64,000 nucleotides of DNA from an uncultured Phycisphaerales bacterium. Its GTDB lineage: Bacteria > Planctomycetota > Phycisphaerae > Sedimentisphaerales > Anaerobacaceae. The stretch's first letter is position 1; the number at the start of each line of letters is the position of its first letter. The notes under the pieces are model-generated. The model was not told the DNA's origin and ran no database searches. It was given only the letters and a program-made list of their open reading frames with translations. Position numbers and translations under genes: made by a program. Location: assembly GCA_963718665.1 (NCBI GenBank), contig OY970359.1, forward strand, positions 1,920,001 to 1,984,000, given 5' to 3'. This document shows, piece after piece, positions 51,738 through 62,277 of the stretch.

Positions 51738-52169
51738 TTAATTAAAGCATCGTCCGGGGGAGTTTTCGTTGGCCTGTTTTTGCTTGAGCAGGTCCACGGC
51801 TATCCGCTGGTTGAGCGAATTTTCGAGCATTTTGTCTATCTGCCTGCGGAGGTATTCGTCGCGGTTTTGCTCGAAAAGGGATTTGGCGTTTTCGTCGATA
51901 TTGGCGGTTGCTTCAAAACTGCCGTTGGCGCCGAATTTGACGTTTTCGCTATCCTGTAGGATGAGCCGGCCTGAGCGTGCGTGTTCGGCAATCGCCTGGG
52001 CCATCAACCTCGAAAACTCATCGACCGGCAGGTCCCTGGGCGCAAAACCATCACTATGCATCGTGTTTATATTCTGAATCAGGATTTTCTGTCTGCTTTG
52101 CGTGAATTCGAGGATTTTTAGCAGAACTTCCGTGATGTTGTCTGTTGAGTTCAGCGTTGGGAGGTTCAT
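51738..52169 (-). CDS. Divergent FlgB-like protein
   Basis: RBS GGAGG; LEFTQSRQKILIQNINT...GFAPRDLPV..F resembles the FlgB N-terminus. Confidence 0.6.
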   Translation of the reverse strand: MNLPTLNSTDNITEVLLKILEFTQSRQKILIQNINTMHSDGFAPRDLPVDEFSRLMAQAIAEHARSGRLILQDSENVKFGANGSFEATANIDENAKSLFEQNRDEYLRRQIDKMLENSLNQRIAVDLLKQKQANENSPGRCFN

Positions 52170-52208
52170 AGTTGGCCTCCTTGGCACGTTGCCCACAGTC
52201 CACATCGC

Positions 52209-52236
52209 CTATTGGCTGCTTCCCTGCTGCCTTTGA
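52209..52236 (-). promoter_or_regulatory. Sigma-28-like promoter upstream of the flgB-like gene
   Basis: CAAA-N15-GCCAATAG versus consensus TAAA-N15-GCCGATAA. Confidence 0.5.
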
Positions 52237-52312
52237 ACAACGACCTTTTTCTCATCCCTGCACCTTTTATATTTCGTCCATGGGTTACCGCCGGCATCAT
52301 GCCGAAGGTCTT

Positions 52313-52624
52313 TTAATTATTATCGATTGGTCGGCCGGTTACTTTCGGCCGAACCGAACTTTCTTCTATGCTCAGTATCTTGCGTATCTCAAAAAGCGAC
52401 TTGGTCTTTTTCATTTCCATAATTTTAGACAGCCGCTCAAAAACCGATTCGTCGTAAAGTCGATGTCCGCCCTGTGTCCACTCCGCTTCGCGAATCAAGC
52501 CCATCGTCGTATAATTATGAATCGTTTGGCGAGAGAAGGGGGTGTATCGAACGATGTCGCCGATTCGATACAGCTTGGCGGGCACTTTAATCATCTCACT
52601 TGTTGTTTGTCCTGTTCGCATCAT
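52313..52624 (-). CDS. Small MerR-type HTH regulator without effector domain
   Basis: YRIGDI, SRQTIHNY...GLI, GGHRLY. Confidence 0.85.
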   Translation of the reverse strand: MMRTGQTTSEMIKVPAKLYRIGDIVRYTPFSRQTIHNYTTMGLIREAEWTQGGHRLYDESVFERLSKIMEMKKTKSLFEIRKILSIEESSVRPKVTGRPIDNN

Positions 52625-52685
52625 CAACGTTTGTTCCTTCTGGTTTTGCGCCGGGGACAATTAAAATAACGTTTACGTTTTGTAA

Positions 52686-52714
52686 AATGTAAAATATATT
52701 GCGGTCGGCGTCAA
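52686..52714 (-). promoter_or_regulatory. Sigma-70 promoter of the MerR-type gene
   Basis: TTGACG-N17-TACATT. Confidence 0.6.
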
Positions 52715-52903
52715 GGTCTTTTTCGGTTTTTTTTGAAGTTTTTTTGGAATATTTTCGAATTCGCTTTCTGCCCGGTCTGGTGTCCGATAATACTTAGTTT
52801 TCAGTCACCTATTTGCTCGTGACGATACCTGTTTTCCAACTTATGTGCCCCCGCCAGGCAGCCGATATAGCAAACACTATTACCCAGTAAGCATATAAAC
52901 ATT

Positions 52904-53974
52904 ATGGGACGACACAGCATAAACTCAAATGAGCGAGCCGAAAGCGGTAACCAGGGCGTTTCGCTGCTTGAGCAGATAACGCCGCTGGCGAGGCAGATTA
53001 ACTGCCTTGATATTGGGCGTATTGCCACGATATGCGTTCGGAAGATTCCCAAGCTTCTCGATGCCCGTCTTGCCTCGCTCTACCTGCTCGATGACGCCGG
53101 CACTATGCTGCACCTGCAAAGCAGCAATCACCCGTATTTGATAAATAAAATCGTCTCGATAAACCAAAACCCGCCTTCGCTTATGGTTATGGCCACCAAA
53201 AGCAAAAAGCTAATCCACATCGAAGATATTGATTCCACCAAGGATATGACCGTCAAAAAGTCGCAAAGGCCATACTCCGGCAACTATAAGACGAAAAACT
53301 GCCTTATAGTCCCGCTTTTATGCCAGGATAAAGTCGTCGGCGTACTGAATCTGGCGGATAAAGGGGGCACACAGGGGTTCACCCCGGATGATATTGCCTT
53401 AGTTGAGCTTGTGGGCCAGTTGGTCGGGGCATCGGTCGGCAATATAGCGATGTTCGAGCGAATCCAGCACCAGGCACGGACCGACGGGCTTACCGGGTTA
53501 GTCAACCATAAGACGTTCTTCGAGATTTTGGAGCGTGAACTGTGGCGGTCAAAGCGTTATGGCGAGCAGATTTCGCTGATTATGGTAGACGTCGATAACT
53601 TCAAAAAAATAAACGATAGCCTCGGCCACCGGGCTGGGGATTTTGTCATAAAGGAAATCAGCGACCGCATATTGCAGTCGATTCGCCAAATCGATACTGC
53701 GGCAAGATATGGCGGCGATGAGTTTGCGATTATACTTCCTAATACATCACTGACCGACGCGGCAGTCGTAGCGGAGCGTATGGTTAACATCGTCTCCGGC
53801 ACGCCCGTTATATGGCGAAAAGAGGAGATTCCCATTTCAATCAGTGTTGGGCTCGGGCAGTATGATTCCGAGGATTCCCCGGACGATATCGCCAGCAGGA
53901 GCGACCAGGCGCTTTACGCCGCCAAGCAAGCCGGCAAAAACACGTTTAAGATTTACCAGCCGCATAAGAAATAA
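52904..53974 (+). CDS. GAF-GGDEF diguanylate cyclase
   Basis: GAF motif VPL...VVGVLNL; DGLTGL, DVDNFK.IND..GH..GD, R..D I-site, RYGGDEF. Confidence 0.95.
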   Translation: MGRHSINSNERAESGNQGVSLLEQITPLARQINCLDIGRIATICVRKIPKLLDARLASLYLLDDAGTMLHLQSSNHPYLINKIVSINQNPPSLMVMATKSKKLIHIEDIDSTKDMTVKKSQRPYSGNYKTKNCLIVPLLCQDKVVGVLNLADKGGTQGFTPDDIALVELVGQLVGASVGNIAMFERIQHQARTDGLTGLVNHKTFFEILERELWRSKRYGEQISLIMVDVDNFKKINDSLGHRAGDFVIKEISDRILQSIRQIDTAARYGGDEFAIILPNTSLTDAAVVAERMVNIVSGTPVIWRKEEIPISISVGLGQYDSEDSPDDIASRSDQALYAAKQAGKNTFKIYQPHKK

Positions 53975-54021
53975 ACCTCAAACGCCAGACCTCAGACCAA
54001 AGACCCAGGGCCACAGACAAA
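53973..54021. repeat. Degenerate 7-bp tandem repeat (AGACnnn)
   Basis: Seven units; the same motif occurs at 60794-60828. Confidence 0.7.
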
Positions 54022-54232
54022 GATTGTCTATTTGCGTTTAATTGCTGTGGCCGAAAGATACTCCTCGATAAACTGGGTAATTTCTTTTTATCTTAAATTC
54101 TTTTTTAGCTGTCATAAGCATAGTTTTTAATTAAGGTGGGTTGTGGAATCAGGCGGGAAAGGGTATAATCAGTTCATAGTTGGTTGTTCATAGTTCATAG
54201 TTTGTTGTTGGCGGGAATTACAGGAGAATGAT

Positions 54233-54985
54233 ATGTCAGGACATTCGCACTGGTCGAGTATAAAGCACAAGAAGGCGTCGGCGGACGCGAAACGCGGCAA
54301 GGCGTGGAGCAAGGTTGCGAGAATGATAATCGTGGCAGCCAAGCGAGGCGGGGGCGACCCGACCGGCAATCTGTCGCTACGGTACGCAATCGACAAGGCC
54401 AAGTCGGTGAATATGCCCAAGGACACGATTGAGAAGGCCATAAAAAAGGCGACTGGTGAGGGCAGTGCGATTCATTTCGAGGAAATGGCGTATGAGGGGT
54501 ATGGGCCGAAGGGTGTGGCGATAATGGTTGATGTCCTGACGGATAACCGCGCGCGTACGGTGGCGGAGATAAAAAAGATATTCGAACGTCACGGCGGAGC
54601 GCTGGGCGCGACGGGTTGCGTCGGGTGGATGTTCCATAAAAAGGGTTTGATAACGGTTAAGACGGAGGCGGCGAAAGAAGACGATTTGATGGAGATAGCG
54701 CTGGGGGCAGGCGCCGAGGATATGCGGAACGTGGGGGGGATTTACGAGATAACGTGTCTGCCCGCGGCTTTTGAGGGATTGAAGAAGGCGCTCGAGGCCA
54801 AATCGATACCGATGGAGGTGGCAGAAGTTTCGATGGTGCCGGCCAACGAGATACCGATAAGCGACGCGGAGACGGCGAGGAAGATTGTGGGGTTGATGGA
54901 GGAGTTTGAGGACCACGAGGATGTCCAGAACGCATACGCCAACTTCAATATCCCGGATGATATAATGGCGAAGGTTTCGGGGTAA
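54233..54985 (+). CDS. yebC: YebC/PmpR family protein
   Basis: MSGHSHWSSIKHKK, YEGYGP.G, TDNR.RT. Confidence 0.95.
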   Translation: MSGHSHWSSIKHKKASADAKRGKAWSKVARMIIVAAKRGGGDPTGNLSLRYAIDKAKSVNMPKDTIEKAIKKATGEGSAIHFEEMAYEGYGPKGVAIMVDVLTDNRARTVAEIKKIFERHGGALGATGCVGWMFHKKGLITVKTEAAKEDDLMEIALGAGAEDMRNVGGIYEITCLPAAFEGLKKALEAKSIPMEVAEVSMVPANEIPISDAETARKIVGLMEEFEDHEDVQNAYANFNIPDDIMAKVSG

Positions 54986-54996
54986 TTTAGCCGAGG

Positions 54997-57306
54997 TTAT
55001 CGCAGGGGTTTTTGTTCGAGGTCTTTAATTCGCTGGGTGGCGGAGAAATATTTATCCTCATCAAGCCGGCTGAGAACTTTTCTGCCCGGATACATCAGCT
55101 TGAACTGTTTGCGGAAGCCATCTTCAATCTGCACGGCGACTTTGTAATTTTTCAGGGCCAAATCCATTCGACCGAGCTCATCGGCGATTTGGGCAAGCTT
55201 GAAGTGCAATTCGGCGTCTCCCGGGTACAGCTCGACAGCTATAGATGCGCTATCGAGAGCTTTATTGAGCAATGCTTCGTTTTGTTCGGGCTGGAGCCGT
55301 GCATAAATGGAATAAAGTTCGGAGAGTGAATCAAAGATTCTGTAATCCCTGGGGTTCCTTTCTGCGGCGATGAATAATGCCTGCTCGGCGTTATTGAATA
55401 ATTGCTCTTTTTGCACATCGGAGCGGTAAAATTCCTGAATATAAAGGTTGCCATTCTGAGATGGCGCATCGGAACTGAGAGGGTCGTCAATTGTGGCGGC
55501 GTCGAGGAAGCTGTGGGCAAGCTGGACCTGGCCTAACATCATAGAGGGGCGGGCTTTTGCGATATTGGAAGTGCTTTCCACGACAGGCAGCAGGGTGTAG
55601 TTGAAATATGCGAAGCCGATAAGCAGGGCGCCGATGACGGCGGCGGTTTTCAGCCAGAGCGGGGAGGAAATGGCAGGTTTCGGCTGGTTTTCGGTTTTGG
55701 CATTTAGGGCGATGAGACAAGCCAGCGAGGCGAAGAAGGCGGTTAGAATACCCGGCTCGAAAATGGCGAAATCAATGAGGTTGTGAATTATAAAGCCGAG
55801 AATACCGCAGAACAGAGCTATTGATGTGATATGTGTATTTTGCAGATTGTATTCTTTCGGGGAGGTTTGCAGTGTTTTTGCAAACAGCGCGACGCCTACG
55901 GCAAAAGCGGCAGCGGGGGCAGCGTAAAGGGAAAACAGGACGTATATTTTTTCATCAAATGTCGGTGCGGCGGTTTGCGGCAATATGAACGGGCGAAGGA
56001 CGATTAGGACAACCGCGGTAACGAGGGCGCAGAGCGTGGCGAGATTTATAAAATTATGTGCTTGTGTGGTTTCGAGATTGATGTTGTCATCCAATGAGTT
56101 TCGCCAAAGCGGGACAAGAATAATAATTAAAAAACCGAGGAGAGCAAGCGGGCCGTACTGTGTGAGGATGCTCAGGGCGAAGCAGTGTGGGTCTGAGACG
56201 GTTTCGGGAGCTGAAGGAGTTTTATATTGAGGATAATACGATGAGAAGTTTCCGCCGCCGACGCCCAGGAAGTGTTTGTCGAGGAACATTTTGGCGGAGG
56301 CATCCCAGTATTGCCATCGGACGAGCATGGAATTTCCCCCGGGGAGCCGGCCTGTCCTGAGGCCATATAATGCAGCAGCGTATGCCAGGGCGAGAATGCC
56401 GACGAGACAGACGGCAAGGATTATATTTTTGGGTAGTTTCGGGCGTTTGCTGCGCATAAGGAAAAAGAATATTATAATTGTGAAGAAAAATGCGCCAATT
56501 GCGCCTTTGCTGCGAGTTAATAGGAGGCCCAAAAGTATAAATGCGATAAGAAGAACGGCCAGGGCACGGTTGCCGGAAAGTTTTGGGAATGATTTACGGT
56601 TCTTGAGTATCTCAGCCAACAGGGCGATGGCGGCGAAGGATGTAAGAATGGCGAAGGAACCCGCGGAGTTGCCCGTAGTAAAGAAGGAGCGGACGTCTTT
56701 GGAGTAAAGGCGGTGTTCGAGGAGGATATGATTGAAGGAGTTTTTCTGGATGCCGAGCTGCTGGAGCATTGCGTCGGGGTCGTCCTGATACTGCTGAATC
56801 ATGAGGTTGTTTTCGATGAAGAACTGGTCTGCGGATTGGATGAAAGCCACGACGCCGAGCGAGGCGAGCGTGATGAGGAGGATTTTGATTTTGGTGTGCG
56901 AGTCAAGCAGACACGTGAGCATAATCGCCATAAAAATTGGTGCAAGAAGGGTGACGGCGGAGGTGATTGCGGAGCGTTTATTGGCGGCGTAAAGCGTGGT
57001 GATAATTATGCCGGTAATCAGGAATACCAGGCCGAGGATGGAAGAGGATATTTTGAAGGATGGGCGATTGCTGAAAAGTTTGGCAAGGCACCAGATGAGA
57101 AAGGTAAATATGAGTATTCCGGAAACGCACAGGGAAAAGACAGTATCGTTAAGAACGGCCTGTATTGGAGACGACTGCGGGGTCGGGGCTTCAGAACTGG
57201 TAGCACGTAGAACGATTACGGCGATGCAGAAGGGAAAGAGCAGTGTTTCGAGCAGAGCAAGGAATTTATTTTTTGAATTATCAATTTTTGTTTTCGTATC
57301 GGTCAT
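54997..57306 (-). CDS. O-antigen ligase (Wzy_C) family membrane protein with C-terminal TPRs
   Basis: Many TMs; TRSKG, VRWQYW, GVGGGNF, DPH; TPR-like tail. Confidence 0.82.
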   Translation of the reverse strand: MTDTKTKIDNSKNKFLALLETLLFPFCIAVIVLRATSSEAPTPQSSPIQAVLNDTVFSLCVSGILIFTFLIWCLAKLFSNRPSFKISSSILGLVFLITGIIITTLYAANKRSAITSAVTLLAPIFMAIMLTCLLDSHTKIKILLITLASLGVVAFIQSADQFFIENNLMIQQYQDDPDAMLQQLGIQKNSFNHILLEHRLYSKDVRSFFTTGNSAGSFAILTSFAAIALLAEILKNRKSFPKLSGNRALAVLLIAFILLGLLLTRSKGAIGAFFFTIIIFFFLMRSKRPKLPKNIILAVCLVGILALAYAAALYGLRTGRLPGGNSMLVRWQYWDASAKMFLDKHFLGVGGGNFSSYYPQYKTPSAPETVSDPHCFALSILTQYGPLALLGFLIIILVPLWRNSLDDNINLETTQAHNFINLATLCALVTAVVLIVLRPFILPQTAAPTFDEKIYVLFSLYAAPAAAFAVGVALFAKTLQTSPKEYNLQNTHITSIALFCGILGFIIHNLIDFAIFEPGILTAFFASLACLIALNAKTENQPKPAISSPLWLKTAAVIGALLIGFAYFNYTLLPVVESTSNIAKARPSMMLGQVQLAHSFLDAATIDDPLSSDAPSQNGNLYIQEFYRSDVQKEQLFNNAEQALFIAAERNPRDYRIFDSLSELYSIYARLQPEQNEALLNKALDSASIAVELYPGDAELHFKLAQIADELGRMDLALKNYKVAVQIEDGFRKQFKLMYPGRKVLSRLDEDKYFSATQRIKDLEQKPLR

Positions 57307-58390
57307 TTTTAGCGGTCGATTCCAGAACAGCGATAATTAACAGGACCAGAATGGTCTGGGCGAATATAAGTATAGCACCGGCTAAATTGACCTGGTAGAG
57401 AAAAGTTGCTCCGATGCCGGTGGTTAGGGTGGCAAGATAGAGGGTCAGGGCGGTCTGGGTGTCGGTGAGGCCGAGTTTTCGCAGGCGATGAGAGAAATGC
57501 TGAGTGTCGCCGACAAATGGTGATTTACCCTGGCTGAGGCGTAAGGCCGTAACTGTGATGAAGTCATAAAGCGGGACGGCCATTGAGATGAGAGGGATAA
57601 GGACGGGATACCAAGCGCCTGAGGCGGCCTGATGATAATAAGTTGTTCTAAGAGAGATAACGGCGAGGAGAAAACCGAGAGGCAGTGAGCCGGCGTCGCC
57701 CATAAAGATTTTGGCGGGCGGGAAATTAAAGACGAGAAAGCCAAGAAGTGTTCCAATGAAAAGCAGGGCAAGAGCGCCGATGAAGACCTGGCCGCTGATT
57801 GCGGCGGCCGTAAAAAGAATCGCGGCGACGATTGTCGCGATACCCGCTGATGCGCCATCCATATTATCGAGGAAATTGAATACGTTGATGATGAGAACTA
57901 TCCAGACGGTGGAGAGCATGGATGTGATGAGTTTGCTGTGGATAAAAAATTCGAGGCGGATATTGGCGGCAAAGGCGGCAACGAAGGCGATGGCGAACTG
58001 AACTATAAGCTTGAAGTATGGGCCGAAGCGTTTTTTGTCGTCCCATAGGCCGAGGGCAAACAGGGCTAAGATACAGAAAATGACGATGACGAGCTGGTTT
58101 GTTCTGCCGATAAAGCCGGGGGCGTGAATGGCGGCGGATTTGTCGAGTGCAAGTCGGCCCGGCTCGACTAAGAATCTTACGATTAAAATGCCCGCGACGA
58201 GGAATAGGAGAATTGTTGCTACGATTGATATGCCGCCTCCCAGTGCGATTGTTGAGCGGTGGTATCTGTCTTCGGTGGGGCGGGCGACAAAGCCGACGCG
58301 CGTGGCGAGATTTCTGACGAGCCGGGTAAGGCCGGCGGATATTATGAATGATGTGACGAGCAGGATTATTGCCAGATATACAAGTGTCAC
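57281..58390 (-). CDS. WecA/MraY-family polyprenyl-phosphate HexNAc-1-P transferase
   Basis: GLWDD, NVFNFLDNMDG, FNFPPAKIFMGDAGS, HFSHRL. Confidence 0.92.
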   Translation of the reverse strand: MTLVYLAIILLVTSFIISAGLTRLVRNLATRVGFVARPTEDRYHRSTIALGGGISIVATILLFLVAGILIVRFLVEPGRLALDKSAAIHAPGFIGRTNQLVIVIFCILALFALGLWDDKKRFGPYFKLIVQFAIAFVAAFAANIRLEFFIHSKLITSMLSTVWIVLIINVFNFLDNMDGASAGIATIVAAILFTAAAISGQVFIGALALLFIGTLLGFLVFNFPPAKIFMGDAGSLPLGFLLAVISLRTTYYHQAASGAWYPVLIPLISMAVPLYDFITVTALRLSQGKSPFVGDTQHFSHRLRKLGLTDTQTALTLYLATLTTGIGATFLYQVNLAGAILIFAQTILVLLIIAVLESTAKNDRYENKN

Positions 58391-58923
58391 GTTTTCAATT
58401 GCTCCATTAAACGGGTTCGGACTTTGGTGAAGAAATCCTGGTAATGTAGCTCTTTGTAGTCAGGGTAGGTGTAATCGAATTGTCGCCAGTTGCCTTTTTC
58501 ATAAATGAGCGTTACCTCGGCGAACATTTTATTGCCGATGTATATACGATGCGAGAAGTTTTTTGTTGTGGCGAGGATTAGTTTTGATGGTTCGATGACG
58601 CCGGGGTCGAGATTTACGGGGCGGGGAAGGGGCAGTTTCAGCGAACGTACGAGTTTTTGTTCGATTTTATTGGTTGTGTGCTTGATTTTGGCGAGTTTGC
58701 CGGGGTCGATGAGTTTTTCGAGCGAGACGAACTGGCGCAGGGCATTTGGACCGAGTTCGTCTTTGTAATAATCGGTCTGGGTGAAGGGCCAGATGTCGCT
58801 TGTGATATCAATTACGCCAAAGGATTTGCTTATGGCCTTTACCGCCGCGGCAAGGGAGGTTTCGTCCGCGGCTAAGATGCCGATTATCAATTTGACTGGT
58901 TTGGGTTGATACAAATCCCACAT
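58387..58923 (-). CDS. DUF4416 family protein
   Basis: TDYY..ELG, VNLDPG, LATTKNFSHRIY, TYPDY. Confidence 0.82.
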   Translation of the reverse strand: MWDLYQPKPVKLIIGILAADETSLAAAVKAISKSFGVIDITSDIWPFTQTDYYKDELGPNALRQFVSLEKLIDPGKLAKIKHTTNKIEQKLVRSLKLPLPRPVNLDPGVIEPSKLILATTKNFSHRIYIGNKMFAEVTLIYEKGNWRQFDYTYPDYKELHYQDFFTKVRTRLMEQLKT

Positions 58924-58962
58924 TGTTTCGTCGTTCGTATTTCGTATCTCGTATTTCGAGCT

Positions 58963-60786
58963 TTATGCGTTGAGCCGTGATTTTAAGGTATCAACCATTT
59001 CGATGGTTTTGGCGACGGCGGTATCGACGGGGATGAGGGTTGGTTTCGGCTCGGTGCGGAGCTTGATTTCGACGTTGCCGGTTTGAAGCGCCTTTTTGCC
59101 GACGGTGATGCGGACAGGGATGCCAATCAGGTCTGCGTCTTTGAATTTCACGCCCGCGCGTTCGTCGCGGTCATCGAGTAAAACCTCAATACCCTTACTT
59201 TTCAGCTCGTTGTAAATCTTCTCGCCTGCCTGAACAACGTCGGTATCATCCTGATTGACCGAAACGATAATAACTTCGAATGGTGCGATACTAATAGGGA
59301 AGATGATGCCGTTTTCGTCGTTGGCGGCTTCGATTGCGGAAGCGACGATACGGTTGATGCCTATGCCGTAGCAGCCCATTAGGCAGGGGTTTCCTTTGCC
59401 TGAGTCGTCCAAAAAGTTGCAGCCGATTTTCGATGAGTATTTAGTGCCAAGTTTGAAGACCTGGCCGACTTCGATGCCGTGTTTGAAGAAGAGTTTTTTG
59501 CCGTTGTGGGTGTCGCCCTCGACGGCGATGTGAATATCGGCGACTACGACGTTATCTCCTGATAGCGGGAAGTCCCTGCCCGGGACGATATTTTTAACGT
59601 GGTAATCGGTTTTATTCGCGCCGGTAACGCCGATGGTCATAGCTGCGACGGCGTGGTCGATAATGAGTCTAATACCAATTTTGAGATCAACTGGCCCCGC
59701 GAAGCCGACTTTTGCGCCTGTCAGGCGCTCTACCATATCTGGCCGGTCACATAAGCCGACATGTTGACCACCCAATGCTTGGACCAACTTTTCCTGATTA
59801 ACTTCGTGATCGCCACGTACGAGTACCGCATAATATCCAACATATTTTGCCTTTCCAACTTTCTGCATTTGTCCAGAATGCTCGGCGGCGTATTCCCCTA
59901 CTTCCTTTTGGAGATCGTTAACGGTGAAAGTAGTATATATCAGCGTTTTAATCATATCCTGCGGTTTGGTTTTGAGGAATGCGCAGACGGCGTCGATAGA
60001 GCCGACGTTTGGCGTGTGGATTTCTTCCGGTTCGGGCGGGTTGGCGATGGGGTTTTGTTTGGGCAGCGGGTCAACTTCGGCTTTTTCGATATTCGCGGCG
60101 TAACTTCCGTCTTCGGTATATACGATTGTATCTTCGCCCGATGGGCAGGGGATGGTGAACTGGTGAGAGCCGGAACCGCCCATTTCGCCCGATTCGGCTT
60201 CGACGATGACGTAATCGAGGCCGCAGCGTTTGAAGATACGCTTATAGGTCTCGTACATATTCCAGTATTCTTTATCGAGGCATTCGGGGGTCGCGTGGAA
60301 GCTGTAGGCATCCTTCATAATAAATTCCCTGCTGCGCAGAACGCCGAACCGGGGGCGGAACTCGTCGCGGAATTTGAAGCTGATTTGGTACAGGTTAATC
60401 GGCAGCTGTTTATAGGATTTGATTTCGCCCGCGGCGACACTCGTAACGACCTCTTCGGCTGTCGGGGCAAGCACGTTCAAATGGTCGTGTCTGTCCTTGA
60501 ATACTGCCATAGTTTTGCCGTAATCGACATCCCGGCCCGTCTGCTGCCAAAGCTCAATCGGCTGCACCGAGGGCATAAGGATTTCCTGTGCGCCTGCCCG
60601 GTTCATTTCGTCGCGGACGATGCCGATTACCTTGAGCAGGCATCGCCAGCCGAGGGGCAGGTAAGTATATGTGCCGCTGGAGAGCTTACGCATAAGCCCG
60701 GCACGGAGCATAAGTTTATGGCTCGGAATCTCCGCGTCGGCGGGGGCTTCCTTGACCGTTGGTATTAACATTTTGCTGTATCGCAT
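58963..60786 (-). CDS. proS: Proline--tRNA ligase with editing domain
   Basis: FRDE.RPRFG..RSREF.MKDAYSF, GIEVGQVF.LG.KYS, MGCYGIG. Confidence 0.97.
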   Translation of the reverse strand: MRYSKMLIPTVKEAPADAEIPSHKLMLRAGLMRKLSSGTYTYLPLGWRCLLKVIGIVRDEMNRAGAQEILMPSVQPIELWQQTGRDVDYGKTMAVFKDRHDHLNVLAPTAEEVVTSVAAGEIKSYKQLPINLYQISFKFRDEFRPRFGVLRSREFIMKDAYSFHATPECLDKEYWNMYETYKRIFKRCGLDYVIVEAESGEMGGSGSHQFTIPCPSGEDTIVYTEDGSYAANIEKAEVDPLPKQNPIANPPEPEEIHTPNVGSIDAVCAFLKTKPQDMIKTLIYTTFTVNDLQKEVGEYAAEHSGQMQKVGKAKYVGYYAVLVRGDHEVNQEKLVQALGGQHVGLCDRPDMVERLTGAKVGFAGPVDLKIGIRLIIDHAVAAMTIGVTGANKTDYHVKNIVPGRDFPLSGDNVVVADIHIAVEGDTHNGKKLFFKHGIEVGQVFKLGTKYSSKIGCNFLDDSGKGNPCLMGCYGIGINRIVASAIEAANDENGIIFPISIAPFEVIIVSVNQDDTDVVQAGEKIYNELKSKGIEVLLDDRDERAGVKFKDADLIGIPVRITVGKKALQTGNVEIKLRTEPKPTLIPVDTAVAKTIEMVDTLKSRLNA

Positions 60787-60793
60787 AATTTTT

Positions 60794-60828
60794 AGACCTA
60801 AGACAAAAGACCAAAGACATAAGACCTA
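60794..60828. repeat. 7-bp tandem repeat AGACnnA x5
   Basis: AGACCTA AGACAAA AGACCAA AGACATA AGACCTA. Confidence 0.8.
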
Positions 60829-61155
60829 ATCCACCCGCGGCGGACAGATATCAAACAATCGATTGCGGTTTATAATGCAAAAAACTCATTATTGCAAGGG
60901 TAAAACGCATTGGGCTTGTGGCGGGCCCGCCCTTGGCGGGGAGGGTTCGATTTCGTCCGGTAAATATCGGGGCGGGGAGTAAATTTTCAGTATCAATACT
61001 GGAATTTACTGTTGTTTTTGGGCCGGGGATGTGGTATATATTAGGAAAGATATAAGGTTATCGTGCCGCCGAGGAGCCGGTGTAAACGGGCGGCCAAAAT
61101 GCTCGAAGGGGTGAGCCCTTCGATAAACAGGGCAATATAGGAGAATGGCATTATT

Positions 61156-62091
61156 ATGAGGAATCGCACTAATTCCAGGAAGAATTTCAAGGGTTTCACA
61201 TTGGTCGAGCTGTTGGTGGTTATCGCGATTATCGCGTTATTGATGGCTATTTTGCTGCCGGCCCTGGCCAAGGCGAGAACGCAGGCAAAGCGTATCGTAT
61301 GCTTGGGCAACCTGAGGCAGCTTGTTACGGCGTGGATGGCATACGCGGAAAACAGCGACGGCAAAATCATTAACGGCGGACAGGCAGATGGCGGTGGTGC
61401 CTATAATTCGGTGACAGATCCATTCTGGTGCACGCCTTTGTGTAATACCGCACATCCTCTGCCCACAACCGACGAGGTTGGCTCAGGTTGGCCCCCAATA
61501 AGATATGACTGGGACACTACGACAACACGTGCCTTTGCTTACCCTTACGAAGAGAGGTTAAGTTTGCTGATGAAGGGTGCGCTTTATAGATATTGTTCGA
61601 ACGTGAAAAGTTACCGCTGCGCGGAGGCGGATAAAGATGCGCACAGGACATACGTTATGCCCGTATCTATGAATGCGATGTGTATCAGTTGCTACACTAA
61701 CAACCCTCCTGTAATAAAGAGGATAGGGGAGATTACAAAATCAAAAGAAAGGATTGTATTTCAAGAAGAGAAGAGAATAAGTCCCGATGCTTTCCAATTT
61801 TCGTATAGTACTAGTGCTGACCCGTATTGGACGAGTGATGTACCCAACATTATGCATGGCAACGGGGCTAATTTCGGGTTTGCCGACGGCCACGCCGATT
61901 ATTTTCAATGGAAATGTCCATCGACATTGACAATATGCCAAATTGTTGCTAATGGCGGTACTGTGACGGGTAATGATTTAACAAACACATACAAGCCTCA
62001 GGCTGACACTGAAAAGTGCGGCGGAGGAAATACTTATAATGGTGATGCTAAGTGGGTAGAAAACGCGGTGTGGGGTGTGACGATACCGTAA
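61156..62091 (+). CDS. Prepilin-type N-terminal cleavage/methylation protein (H-X9-DG type)
   Basis: [27 protein letters not shown]. Confidence 0.9.
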   Translation: MRNRTNSRKNFKGFTLVELLVVIAIIALLMAILLPALAKARTQAKRIVCLGNLRQLVTAWMAYAENSDGKIINGGQADGGGAYNSVTDPFWCTPLCNTAHPLPTTDEVGSGWPPIRYDWDTTTTRAFAYPYEERLSLLMKGALYRYCSNVKSYRCAEADKDAHRTYVMPVSMNAMCISCYTNNPPVIKRIGEITKSKERIVFQEEKRISPDAFQFSYSTSADPYWTSDVPNIMHGNGANFGFADGHADYFQWKCPSTLTICQIVANGGTVTGNDLTNTYKPQADTEKCGGGNTYNGDAKWVENAVWGVTIP

Positions 62092-62277
62092 TATAATCGG
62101 CAGGAAAGTCGGCTTTTGAATCATAAGTTAAAGGGCATGTATCGTGAAGATATATGCCCTGTTTTTTTGGTTGATTATCAAGGGCGGAGGATTGATAATC
62201 TAAATCAGCGTTCAGCGTACAGCGTACAGGAAGACAGCAAAATCGAAAGGAGCATCCGCAAAAGGCGGATAAGAGAG

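Noticed and set aside
59761..60768. Long antisense ORFs (also 9376-10152, 19200-20093, 16266-17060, 48450-49193)
   Set aside because: Shadows of well-supported genes on the opposite strand, with no motifs of their own
61040..61135. Riboswitch in the prepilin leader
   Set aside because: Two hairpins are present, but there is no known aptamer signature or expression platform
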